64,000 nt of DNA from an uncultured Acidimicrobiia bacterium. GTDB lineage: Bacteria > Acidobacteriota > Terriglobia > Versatilivoradales > Versatilivoraceae. The stretch spans positions 41,285-105,284 of the forward strand of contig CAVVYL010000010.1 in the NCBI GenBank assembly GCA_963752385.1, in the 5' to 3' direction. A program made the position numbers and the translations under genes. Shown here one piece after another: positions 34,442 to 43,953 of the stretch (the stretch's first letter is position 1; each line of letters opens with the position of its first letter). Under the pieces are notes generated by a model that saw nothing but the letters and a program-made list of their open reading frames with translations, had not been told where the DNA came from and ran no database searches.

Positions 34442-35941
34442 TCAGTGGCGAGCATCAAGCGCCACTGTGAAGGAAGAAACTCGTTCCTGGCAGTTCATGA
34501 CCCGCTTGCCAAGTTCCAGCCGGCTTCCCCTCTCAAAAAGCGGCAACAATTTTTCCAGCTCTGGCCCAGAGTCGCTTCCCGTTAACGCGACACGAATAGG
34601 GTGAAAGAGCTGCTTCCCCTTTTTTTTGGTTTTGGCTTTCACGGCTCCCACGATTTCCTTCCAATCGCGCTGCACGTCTATGTCAGGATGGGACAGTTCG
34701 TCGTTGAGCGCCCTGACTACTTCCTCGGCTCCGTCCTCCTCAAGGACCTGTCGAACCCCTTCCGTTCGTATCGCTTCAGTCGGATTGAACTCGAAAATAA
34801 ACGTCGCTTTCGCCGGAACCTGGCTCAGGTGATCCACACCCGGCAGCAGAGCATCGACAAGTTGACCGATCCAGTCTCGAACTTCATCATTCATCGTTGC
34901 GATGAGTCCCGCCTCCTCCAGAAAAGGGACGACCAAATAGAACAAGCGGACAGAGTCGCACTCTTTGAGGTAATGGCGATTGATCCAGTACAGCTTGTTC
35001 AAATCAAACACCGCAGCACTCCTGGAAACGCTTTCCAGCTCAAAGGACTGGATCAAATCCTCCAACGGCATGATTTCGTTTTGGTCTTCTTTGGGAGCCC
35101 AACCCAGCAGCGCCAAGTAATTCACTAGGGCTTCGGGAAGGATCCCCATATCCTGCAGATTCTTTACAGAAGTTGCTCCGTGGCGCTTGCTCAAACGAGT
35201 GTGGTCGCTGCCCAGAATCGTTGAGAGATGAGCGAAGCAGGGCAACGGCCAGCCGAAGGCCTCATAAATCAGCACCTGTTTTGGCGTGTTGGACAGATGA
35301 TCGTCCCCACGAATTACGTGCGTGATCTGCATCTGCGCGTCGTCCACAACAACGGCATAGTTGTAAGTCGGCAGACCGCTGGAGCGGATCAAAATTGGAT
35401 CGCCAATGACTTCACTGGAAAACTCCATGGCGCCATGGACGAGATCTTGAAAACGAATCTGGCCTAAACGGACTTTCAGACGGATGACCGAAGGCTGTCC
35501 CGCCTCCAATCGTCGTCGCCCCTCCTCCGGCGCCAGCGCCTGGCACGTTCCCGGATACTTCCATGGAATCCCCGCCGCTTCGGCCTTTCTCGCTTGTTGT
35601 TCCAACTCCTCCTGGCTGCAGAAACAGTGATAAGCCTGTCCGCCCCTAACCAGCTGGGCTGCCTTTTCCTTGTAGAGGTTCAGCCGATCACTTTGCCGGT
35701 AAGGACCGAAGGGGCCTCCTATGTCAGGGCCTTCGGCCCACGTGAGCCCCAGCCACCTCAAGTCTTCGTAGATCAGACTCTCGAAGCGCTGTTCGGAACG
35801 GCCGATGTCGGTGTCTTCAATTCGGAGAACAAATTGTCCGCCTGTTTTTCGGGCAAACAACCAATTGAAGATGGCGGTGCGCACGTTTCCAACGTGCAAG
35901 TGGCCGGTGGGGCTAGGAGCAAATCTGACACGGGAGCTCAT
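34442..35941 (-). CDS. gltX: glutamyl-tRNA synthetase
   Basis: 499-aa ORF with class I HIGH motif (FAPSPTGHLHVGNVRTA) and a KMSKS-like RLSKRHG. Typical GltX sequence (RIEDTD, DLRWLG). Confidence 0.95.
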   Translation of the reverse strand: MSSRVRFAPSPTGHLHVGNVRTAIFNWLFARKTGGQFVLRIEDTDIGRSEQRFESLIYEDLRWLGLTWAEGPDIGGPFGPYRQSDRLNLYKEKAAQLVRGGQAYHCFCSQEELEQQARKAEAAGIPWKYPGTCQALAPEEGRRRLEAGQPSVIRLKVRLGQIRFQDLVHGAMEFSSEVIGDPILIRSSGLPTYNYAVVVDDAQMQITHVIRGDDHLSNTPKQVLIYEAFGWPLPCFAHLSTILGSDHTRLSKRHGATSVKNLQDMGILPEALVNYLALLGWAPKEDQNEIMPLEDLIQSFELESVSRSAAVFDLNKLYWINRHYLKECDSVRLFYLVVPFLEEAGLIATMNDEVRDWIGQLVDALLPGVDHLSQVPAKATFIFEFNPTEAIRTEGVRQVLEEDGAEEVVRALNDELSHPDIDVQRDWKEIVGAVKAKTKKKGKQLFHPIRVALTGSDSGPELEKLLPLFERGSRLELGKRVMNCQERVSSFTVALDARH

Positions 35942-36180
35942 GGGGAAGGGTAGTTAAGTTAGGAACTTCGATTGAACTTGGAAGGCCGTTTCTGACAGGC
36001 GATTGCTACGTGGTAGCCCTTCTGTTATCTGGTAGAACAAAAGTCGCAGGGGTTTGACAAAGGCGTCAGGGACTCGAGTCGTCAGTCCTGCGATCGGTTG
36101 CTCGCTCACTCAAACACGCGACCCTGCTCATCGCTCATCGTACTCTAACACATGGTACCATCGGAGAAAATGAGCCTGCG

Positions 36181-36867
36181 TTACGAGCGTTCCTGCTGGA
36201 TGAGCAGTTCCGCTAAGGGAAGATCTGCCGGCTTAGTGATCTTGATGTTGGCTTCGCTCCCTCGCAAAACGGTCACTGAGTAACCCAGCCTTTCAACCAG
36301 ACAAGCCTCATCAGTGGCGTAAAAACTCTCGGCTTGGGCTCTCTCGAATCCCTCCTTCAAAAGGGCATAACGAAAGGCCTGGGGCGTCTGAACCAGCACG
36401 AGCCTGTCTCGGGGAAGCGTAGCCGTCACGATATTCTTCTCAATTTGCTTGACCGTGTCGGTACAAGGGACAGCCAGAATCGCACTGCCAGACCTCTGGG
36501 CTTGCTGGATCACTGCCTCGATGGAAGCCAGCTCCACAAAGGGTCTTACGGCGTCATGAACCACAACAACATCCGTCGCGGGATTGACTTCCTGGAAACC
36601 TGCGTAGACAGAATCCTGACGATGAACTCCGCCGGCCACCAGCCGTACGAACGATGCCAGTCCTTCTTTCTCGAGAACCGGTTCAAATGAACTGATGTCA
36701 GACTTGCGCATCGGCACGATCGCCTGTCGAATGGACCGGCAACCAGCAAATTTGCGCAAAGTGTGAATGAGAATTGGAGACCCTGCCAGCGAGAGAAGCT
36801 GCTTCGGGCTGCTCGACCTCATACGAGTCCCAGCGCCGGCAGCAGGAATAATGGCGACGGCGTTCAT
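36181..36867 (-). CDS. ispD: 2-C-methyl-D-erythritol 4-phosphate cytidylyltransferase
   Basis: 228-aa ORF with MNAVAIIPAAGAGTRM, VVVHDAVRPF and QTPQAF. Its start has a 4-nt overlap with the stop of the upstream PIN/TRAM gene. Confidence 0.92.
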   Translation of the reverse strand: MNAVAIIPAAGAGTRMRSSSPKQLLSLAGSPILIHTLRKFAGCRSIRQAIVPMRKSDISSFEPVLEKEGLASFVRLVAGGVHRQDSVYAGFQEVNPATDVVVVHDAVRPFVELASIEAVIQQAQRSGSAILAVPCTDTVKQIEKNIVTATLPRDRLVLVQTPQAFRYALLKEGFERAQAESFYATDEACLVERLGYSVTVLRGSEANIKITKPADLPLAELLIQQERS

Positions 36868-37880
36868 TGCTGGTTGACGGCTTCGATCTTGGGAGCGTGC
36901 GATCTATCCTCGTATCGCCCGAAGATCATCTTTCCGGCGGTCGTCTGGAGAACACTGGTGACCGAAGTATCAATCGTTTTGCCGATCATTTTTCGGGCGT
37001 TGTCCACAACCACCATCGTGCCGTCATCGAGGTAGGCGACACCCTGATTGTATTCCTTCCCTTCCTTCAGGATGAAGACCTTCATCACTTCTCCGGGAAG
37101 CACGACGGGTTTGAGGGAATTGGCGAGTTCGTTGATGTTCAAGACTTCTACACCTTGGAGCTGGGCCACCTTGTTGAGGTTGAAATCGTTGGTAACGATC
37201 TTACCCTCGATCTCCTTCGCCAACTCGATCAGTTTCAGGTCGACTTCCCGAATGCCCGGATAATCTGTTTCAACGACCTGAACGGTAAGTCCGGCCATCT
37301 TCTGGATGCGCTGGAGAATGTCTAACCCCCGTCTGCCTCGGTTGCGCTTGAGCGAATCCGCCGAGTCGGCCACCTGCTGAAGTTCTCGCAACACGAACTG
37401 GGGGAGGACCAAAACGCCGTCGACAAAGCCGGTCTCACAGATGTCGGCGATTCGGCCGTCGATGATGACGCTGGTGTCGAGGAGCTTATAGCTCTTCTTC
37501 ACGGGACGTTCGCCACCGAAAAGGCCGCCGAAAGCCGCGAGGTTGAGCAAGTCCCCTTTGCTGGCGCCTGAGACCAGTCCTACATATCCCATCAAAAGAA
37601 ATAGGCTGATCTGCAGAAACGAAAGCGTGCGGGGCTCGATGGAAGTCTTGGACAGCACGCTGCTAATCATCGTGGCCCCGAAGATTCCCAAAGTGGAACC
37701 AACAGCCGCACCGATCAACCGTTTCAGAGAAGCTCTCCGCAGCCGCGCTTCAAAGAGAATGATGGCCGCGGCCCCAAGTGCCCCGCAAAGCGTGGAAATC
37801 CCTTTTGGGAGTCCGAAGGGCTGAAAATAATGAGAGGTAACTGTCAAAACAATTGCAAAGATGAGCCGAACCACTGCCAT
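36864..37880 (-). CDS. membrane-anchored PIN/TRAM domain protein (YacL-like)
   Basis: The track starts at a TTG (37889). The ATG at 37880 gives MAVVRLIFAIV. It has four N-terminal TM segments, a PIN domain (LLDTSVIIDGRI...) and a C-terminal TRAM-like beta domain. Confidence 0.8.
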   Translation of the reverse strand: MAVVRLIFAIVLTVTSHYFQPFGLPKGISTLCGALGAAAIILFEARLRRASLKRLIGAAVGSTLGIFGATMISSVLSKTSIEPRTLSFLQISLFLLMGYVGLVSGASKGDLLNLAAFGGLFGGERPVKKSYKLLDTSVIIDGRIADICETGFVDGVLVLPQFVLRELQQVADSADSLKRNRGRRGLDILQRIQKMAGLTVQVVETDYPGIREVDLKLIELAKEIEGKIVTNDFNLNKVAQLQGVEVLNINELANSLKPVVLPGEVMKVFILKEGKEYNQGVAYLDDGTMVVVDNARKMIGKTIDTSVTSVLQTTAGKMIFGRYEDRSHAPKIEAVNQQ

Positions 37881-37980
37881 CTCAAGCAAGCAACTCCACC
37901 CCTTTCCAGAAACCAGGCAGGAAGGGCTACCCTGTCACTGGCAGGCCGATATAGAAACGACTTCTAACTACCTGAGGGCG

Positions 37981-39345
37981 TCAATCAAACAACACTTCCA
38001 GAGATTCCTGAACTGAGCGAACAGGAATCAGTTCGATATCGGGCTGGGAATCCAGCTTCGGGAGGCTGTTGTGCGGCACGATACACTGTCTGAACCCCAT
38101 CGTCGCTGCCTCGCGAATTCTCAGCGGTGTCTGGCTCGTGGAACGGACCTCACCAGCCAAGCCGACCTCTCCAAAGATCACGACGTTCGGAGCAATGGCG
38201 CGATTGCGATAACTGGACACAATCGCCGCCACGATTCCTAAATCGGCCGCTGGCTCATCAATCGTTAGGCCTCCTGCCACATTCACATACACGTCGCTGC
38301 CGGCCAGATGAAGGCCCAGCCGCTTTTCCAGCATGGCAAGGAGCAGCGAGACTCGATTGGCATCCACGCCGGCAGCCATTCTCCGAGGGCTGGCATAGTT
38401 AGTGCCGCTCACCAAAGCCTGCAACTCTACGAGCATGGGCCTCGATCCTTCCACACAGCCAATCACAACGGATCCAGCAGCCCCGCTTGGTCTCTCAGCA
38501 AGGAAAAGCTTGGAGGGGTTCTCAACGGGTATCAGGCCCTCGGGTGTCATTTCGAACACGCCCAACTCATTCGCAGCTCCAAACCGATTCTTTACGGTTC
38601 GAACGATTCGATGGCTGTGATACCTTTCGCCCTCAAAGTATAGCACCGTGTCAACAATGTGTTCAAGAGACTTGGGACCCGCCAGTGACCCGTCTTTGGT
38701 AATGTGCCCGACCAAAAATGTAGGAATCGAGCGCTGTTTGCTCAGAAACAGAAACTGGGTCGCCACTTCCCGCACCTGACTGATGGATCCCGGCGCTGAG
38801 CTGAGCTTTTCAGAGTAGACGGTCTGTACAGAATCCAAAATAATGACTTGCGGACCAAGGCGGTCCACACTCTCGAGGATCCGTTCCAAACAGGTTTCGG
38901 TGAGAAGGAAGAGGCAGTCAGGCTTGATCCCCAGACGATCACCCCTCATCTTAATCTGTTTTTCGGACTCCTCCCCTGAAACGTATAACAGACGCCTTCC
39001 CCCTCGTTGCATGAGCTCGGCTGCCTGCAGCAGGAGGGTAGACTTGCCAATGCCCGGGTCACCTCCTAGCAGAACTAGCGAACCCGAAACCACTCCACCT
39101 CCCAGCACTCGGTCGAACTCGACAATTCCCGATGTGAAGCGGACCTGCTCCTTACTGGAGACATCCTGGAACGCCACCGGCGAAAGACTCTCGCCAACCC
39201 TCCGGCCAGTGCCGGAGGTGGGTAACACGCGGACCATCTCCTCGGTGATGCAATTCCACGCGCCGCAGTCGGGACACTTTCCCATCCATTTGGTGAGAAT
39301 GTAGCCACAGTTTTGGCAAACGTAAGTGGACTTGGGTCTGGTCAT
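37981..39345 (-). CDS. radA: DNA repair protein RadA (Sms)
   Basis: 454-aa ORF with an N-terminal zinc finger CQNCGY...CPDCGAWN, Walker A GGDPGIGKST and the RadA motif KNRFG. A Lon-like C-terminal domain follows. Confidence 0.95.
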   Translation of the reverse strand: MTRPKSTYVCQNCGYILTKWMGKCPDCGAWNCITEEMVRVLPTSGTGRRVGESLSPVAFQDVSSKEQVRFTSGIVEFDRVLGGGVVSGSLVLLGGDPGIGKSTLLLQAAELMQRGGRRLLYVSGEESEKQIKMRGDRLGIKPDCLFLLTETCLERILESVDRLGPQVIILDSVQTVYSEKLSSAPGSISQVREVATQFLFLSKQRSIPTFLVGHITKDGSLAGPKSLEHIVDTVLYFEGERYHSHRIVRTVKNRFGAANELGVFEMTPEGLIPVENPSKLFLAERPSGAAGSVVIGCVEGSRPMLVELQALVSGTNYASPRRMAAGVDANRVSLLLAMLEKRLGLHLAGSDVYVNVAGGLTIDEPAADLGIVAAIVSSYRNRAIAPNVVIFGEVGLAGEVRSTSQTPLRIREAATMGFRQCIVPHNSLPKLDSQPDIELIPVRSVQESLEVLFD

Positions 39346-39434
39346 AATGGACTGGTGATCGAGCGTCCAAGAAGGGTACTAAACCACACGAAGCCTCTTC
39401 GTGTCCCTTCGTAGATCATTATTCATAGTCGAAC

Positions 39435-40655
39435 TCATATCTGCGATGATCCGGAATCATCAATGTAAATTCTGGGCACTCGCGATCCGATGCGACAAAG
39501 GATTTCATACGGGATCGTTCCAGCCAGTCGGCCCACCTCCTCGGCCCGGATTTCCCGGTCACCCTGTTTTCCGATGAGAACAACTTCGTCACCCACTTGG
39601 GGGGACGTGATCTGTGTCACATCAATCAGAGTGAGATCCATGCTGATTGTGCCGACAATCGGTGCTTGCCGTCCCTGAATGAGTACCTGGCCGCGATTTG
39701 ATAGAGAACGCAACAATCCATCGGTGTATCCGACCGGCAGTGCTGCGATCACACTATCCCGACTCACTGTGTACGTGTCCCCGTATCCGATGGCACTCCC
39801 ACTCTTGATGCTGCGAACTTGCATGACTCGTGTCTTCCAACTAAGCACCGGGTTGATGCTCAACTCGACCGCCGGAGTTGGCAAAGGATTGATACCATAC
39901 AGCACAAGTCCAGGTCGAACGGCATCAAACCAGCTTTCTTTCAAATTCAGAATTCCCGCGCTGTTAGCCGCGTGACGCCAGTCGACACGGATCCCACTTT
40001 GTTCGGCGAAAGTCAGAATCGTTCTGAAACGCCCAATCTGAGCCTCATTGGAGCGACTCTGTGAATCTTCAGCTGAACTCAAGTGGGTGTAGACACCTTC
40101 GCAACGGGTCCACGAACTCTTGACGCCCCTCTGAAGAAGAACGAGAGCCTCCTCCAACTCAACTCCCAAGCGAGACATTCCGGTGTTAATCTTCAGATGG
40201 TAAGCTACGCTTCGTTTCGCGCGAGAAGCAGCCTGCTCCAGCTGGTCGAGCAACTGAAGTCGATAAATGGCTGGGGTCAGCTCATACCGAATAATTTCAT
40301 GTTCCTGACCTGGCCAAAAACCGTTCAGCAAAAGCACGGGGCATCTTATGCCAGCATGCCTGATGGCCATCGCTTCTTCGAGTATGGCCACTGCCAGCAT
40401 ATCAACCCCTAATTTGGTAAGCCGCCGAGCCACGGGAATGGCGCCGTGCCCATACGCATCCGCCTTGATGACTGCCACAATCTTGACGTGCCCCGGCAAG
40501 AAGCGTCGCAGAGCCAGAAAATTCCTGTCGAGCCGGTTCAAATCCACTTCGGCCCAGGTGGGACGTTTGCCATCAAGGGAATCCAAGAAGTTCATTGCCG
40601 AGAGGGTGACATTCTGGAAGATAGCTCCAAGATCGGTAACTTCAACGCTCTTCAC
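39435..40655 (-). CDS. alr: alanine racemase
   Basis: 406-aa ORF with PLP-Lys motif VAVIKADAYGHGA, plus RPTWAEVDL near the N-terminus. The true start may be the ATG at 40595 (MNFLDSLDGKRPTWAEV). Confidence 0.9.
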   Translation of the reverse strand: MKSVEVTDLGAIFQNVTLSAMNFLDSLDGKRPTWAEVDLNRLDRNFLALRRFLPGHVKIVAVIKADAYGHGAIPVARRLTKLGVDMLAVAILEEAMAIRHAGIRCPVLLLNGFWPGQEHEIIRYELTPAIYRLQLLDQLEQAASRAKRSVAYHLKINTGMSRLGVELEEALVLLQRGVKSSWTRCEGVYTHLSSAEDSQSRSNEAQIGRFRTILTFAEQSGIRVDWRHAANSAGILNLKESWFDAVRPGLVLYGINPLPTPAVELSINPVLSWKTRVMQVRSIKSGSAIGYGDTYTVSRDSVIAALPVGYTDGLLRSLSNRGQVLIQGRQAPIVGTISMDLTLIDVTQITSPQVGDEVVLIGKQGDREIRAEEVGRLAGTIPYEILCRIGSRVPRIYIDDSGSSQI

Positions 40656-40984
40656 CTAACGGCCGCTTACTAACTTACTTTAGATAGCACAATCGTGATA
40701 AAGCCCGAAAGATTTTCTAGAGTTCATCTGTTGTTCCTGCCCAACGCAGGTAAGCCTGTTCGGTCGGGATGCCGTCGTGCTTAACGCGAATCTTGTCACG
40801 CAAGACGTCTTGCGAATTTTTCTTGCAGGTGCGCCCTCAAAGAGGGCATGCTCAGTCATTTCTGGCGGATGCCCGCCAGAACCACTGGCCCCAGCTCAGC
40901 TCCCAGCGAGCGCTCGGCGCGTTTGTGGCGTGCTGTCAAGGTCTGAGTAAAGCGGGATCCGAGAAAGCCATCAAGGAGCACAAC

Positions 40985-41562
40985 ATGAACAGCCCAGAAC
41001 ACTCAAAGCAGGGGTCAAGCCTTTCGGCTGCTCAGGAATCCCTGCGTGACCTCTGGGAGGAACACGTGCGGGTATGAGTTTGCAACCCGCAACACCGAGG
41101 ATACCCTCGCAACTATGGTCGAGGACGCCTACGTCAACCACATCCCGGTGTTGACGGGTGGTGTGGGTCGCAACCAGTTAAGAACGTTCTATTCCAAGCA
41201 CTTCATCCCCCCAGATGCCCCCGGACACGGAAATGATTCCGATCTCGCGAACCATCGGTAACGAGCAGGTGGTCGACGAAATGGTCTTTAAGTTTACCCA
41301 CACTATAGCAATGGACTGGATGCTGCCGGGCATCGCTCCCACAGGAAAGCGGGTCGAGGTTCCGCTGGTCGCGATCGTCCATTTCCGGGAGGGTAAGTTG
41401 GCCCACGAGCACATCTACTGGGACCAGGCCTCCGTGTTAGTTCAGCTGGGCTTGCTCGATGCTGGTTCCCTGCCTGTCGCAGGCATAGAAACGGCCCGCA
41501 AGGCTCTCAATCCGAGCTTGCCGTCCAACGCGCTGATTGACCGGGCCGAACCAACCAACTAA
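40985..41562 (+). pseudogene. SnoaL-like / NTF2-fold protein gene interrupted by two +1 frame disruptions
   Basis: Three consecutive ORF pieces read as one protein. They are frame 2 to 41077, frame 0 at 41046..41261 and frame 1 at 41215..41562. Joined: MNSPEHSK...LRDLWEEHVR / YEFATRNTEDTLATMVEDAYVNHIPVLTGGVGRNQLRTFYSKHFIP / (Q)MPPDTEMIPISRTIGNEQVVDEMVFKFTHTIAMDWMLPGIAPTGKRVEVPLVAIVHFREGKLAHEHIYWDQASVLVQLGLLD... AAGGAG lies 7 nt before the ATG at 40985. Confidence 0.7.
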
Positions 41563-41656
41563 GGCGTTCAGCCTCGATTCGAATGTCGGGTATCCCCGCT
41601 AGCGTGCTAACCAATCAGGATTCTTTGGTCTCAATTGCGACTTGGATTCTCCGAGA

Positions 41657-43732
41657 ATGAGTGATACTTTGGTGCTACCCATGTGTCTGCGCACCTTCTT
41701 CTTCGTGTTACTGTGCTGCATTCCTGCTGCTGCCGAGGTGGTTCGCATCGAGGTGCAGGAGCGAACGCCAGTACTTGACGGCAAGCCTTTCGGAAGCACG
41801 GGCGCCTATGAGCGCCTGAAAGGCCGCGTTCATTTTGAGGTCGATCCCGCGTTCCCAGCGAATCGCATCATTTCTGACATCCAGCTCGGTCCGCGCAACC
41901 AACGCGGCCGGGTCGAGTTTTCGTCAGACTTTTATCTGCTCACTCCGCTCGATGTTGACAAAGGAAACGGGACTTTTTTGTTCGAAGTATCGAATCGCGG
42001 CCGCAAGGGGATGCTGGGCATGTTCAACTTGGGGGATGGGTCTCTCGATCCCCGCACCGAAGCCGAGTTTGGCGACGGGCTCCTGTTGAAGCAGGGGTTC
42101 ACCCTGGCTTGGCTGGGGTGGCAGTTCGACGTGCCTGACGATCCCCAGCTGATGAGGCTCTACGCCCCCAAAGCGAAAGGCAACGCTAAGCCGATTCAGG
42201 GATTGGTCCGTTCGGAGTACATCCCTGAGCGTCGCGTCCTGAGTTTCTCTTTGGGCGATCGCACCATGATTGCCTATCCCGTTGCTGAGCCGAACGATCC
42301 TGATCTGAAGCTGACGGTCCGAGAACGCCGTGACGGAACGCGTCGAACGATTCCACGCAGCCAATGGCAGTTTGCGCGTGATGAGAACAGCCAGGCTGTG
42401 TCGGACCGGACGAAGGTCTTCATGGCAACCGGCTTTGAACCTGGGAAGATTTACGAGCTGGTCTATAGAGCCCAGGACCCTGTGCTGGTGGGTCTTGGGC
42501 CGGCTGCGGTCCGCGACTTCATCTCCATGGCAAAGTATAGCCGGACGGTCGAGAAAGCGGCGCTCTTCAAAGGCGAAGGACGTCAATGGCGACAAGCCAT
42601 CGGCTTTGGCACCTCACAGAGCGGACGGTTCCTGCGCACTTTCCTGTACTATGGCTTCAATCGGGACGAACAGGGCAGGAAGGTGTTCGACGGTATCATG
42701 GCACACGTGGCCGGGGGGGGGCGTGGCAGTTTCAACCATCGCTTCGCACAACCTTCTCGCGATGCCCACCCGTTTATGAATTGCTTTTATCCTACAGACA
42801 TCTTCCCTTTCACCGATCTCGAACAGAAGGACCCGGAAACAGGCTTGAGTGGCGGTATTCTCAGCCGCGCGACCCTGGATGGCGTGGTGCCAAAGATCTT
42901 CTACACGAATTCATCTTATGAGTATTACGGGCGCGCCGCTTCGCTGATACACATGACTGTCGACGGCAAGCAGGACGCCCCGTTATCGAAGGATACTCGC
43001 ATTTACCTGTTCGCAGGCAGTCAGCATGGGCCTGCCTCGTTTCCGCCATCTCGGCAGGGAACTCAGCTGGCCAATCCCAACGACTTTCGCTGGTCGATGC
43101 GGGCCCTGCTGGTCGCCATGAACGACTGGATGACAACCGGCAAAGAGCCGCCCTCCTCGCAGTATCCTCGAATCGCCGACCAGACCTTGGTTTCCCTCGC
43201 CTCTTTGCAGTTTCCCAAGATTCCAGGCGTGCGTCTTCCGCAGCGTATTCAGACCGCCTACCGCTTGGACTTCGGACCAGACTTTCGCTCCTCCGGCATT
43301 GTCTCTATCGAACCACCAAGGGTTGGCACGGCTTTTGCGACGCTCGTTCCCCAGGTCGATAAAGATGGCAATGAAACGTCCGGCATCCGCTTGCCGGAAA
43401 GCCAGGCGCCGCTGGCGACCTTCACAGGCTGGAACCTGCGCAATCCCAAGCTAGGCGCCGAGGACGAGCTATTCAGCATGGTCGGATCGTTCATTCCCTT
43501 TGCCCGCTCCAAGGATGAGCGCGCGAAGCGCCAAGACCCGCGCCTCTCCATTGAAGAGCGCTACGCTGACAAAAAGGCCTATCTTCAGAAGATCACGGCC
43601 GCGGCTGGTGAACTGGCAGAGGAGGGCTACATCCTGCAGAGCGACCTCCCCACCATCGTAGAGCAGGCTGGCAGCCGTTGGGACTATCTGGCCTCACGCG
43701 AGTTTGAACCAGGTTCTGCCGAGCCGCGCTAG
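41657..43732 (+). CDS. secreted protein of unknown function, alpha/beta-hydrolase-like family
   Basis: The track starts at a TTG (41642). The ATG at 41657 gives MSDTLVLPMCLRTFFFVLLCCIPAAAEVV, a signal peptide. The N-terminal block VRIEVQERTPVLDGKPFGSTGAYERLKGRVHFEVDP...GNGTFLFEVSNRGRKG resembles a family annotated as alpha/beta hydrolase domain proteins. This is from memory and was not searched. Confidence 0.65.
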   Translation: MSDTLVLPMCLRTFFFVLLCCIPAAAEVVRIEVQERTPVLDGKPFGSTGAYERLKGRVHFEVDPAFPANRIISDIQLGPRNQRGRVEFSSDFYLLTPLDVDKGNGTFLFEVSNRGRKGMLGMFNLGDGSLDPRTEAEFGDGLLLKQGFTLAWLGWQFDVPDDPQLMRLYAPKAKGNAKPIQGLVRSEYIPERRVLSFSLGDRTMIAYPVAEPNDPDLKLTVRERRDGTRRTIPRSQWQFARDENSQAVSDRTKVFMATGFEPGKIYELVYRAQDPVLVGLGPAAVRDFISMAKYSRTVEKAALFKGEGRQWRQAIGFGTSQSGRFLRTFLYYGFNRDEQGRKVFDGIMAHVAGGGRGSFNHRFAQPSRDAHPFMNCFYPTDIFPFTDLEQKDPETGLSGGILSRATLDGVVPKIFYTNSSYEYYGRAASLIHMTVDGKQDAPLSKDTRIYLFAGSQHGPASFPPSRQGTQLANPNDFRWSMRALLVAMNDWMTTGKEPPSSQYPRIADQTLVSLASLQFPKIPGVRLPQRIQTAYRLDFGPDFRSSGIVSIEPPRVGTAFATLVPQVDKDGNETSGIRLPESQAPLATFTGWNLRNPKLGAEDELFSMVGSFIPFARSKDERAKRQDPRLSIEERYADKKAYLQKITAAAGELAEEGYILQSDLPTIVEQAGSRWDYLASREFEPGSAEPR

Positions 43733-43953
43733 CCACATGAAATCGTCCGTCTCAGTCTCAATGCCCAAGACAAAAGGGTGAGGTTCGAAGGGAGCCGACA
43801 ATGAGTAGCCACGCCCGGCAAGGCACAGGACGGGCGGAGCCCGTCGCCCTGCCCAGAGTCGTCCCTCCGTAGCCGAGACTTAGCCGAGGAGTGGAATTCT
43901 CTCAGGAGACTGAATTGCGTTTCTTGCAACGAGGCTCACCCAGGCTCGGTACA

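Noticed and set aside
41924-42595. 223-aa minus-strand ORF inside the secreted hydrolase-like gene
   Set aside because: It is antisense to a longer ORF that has a signal peptide and conserved-looking blocks. Its translation is Arg-rich and low-complexity.
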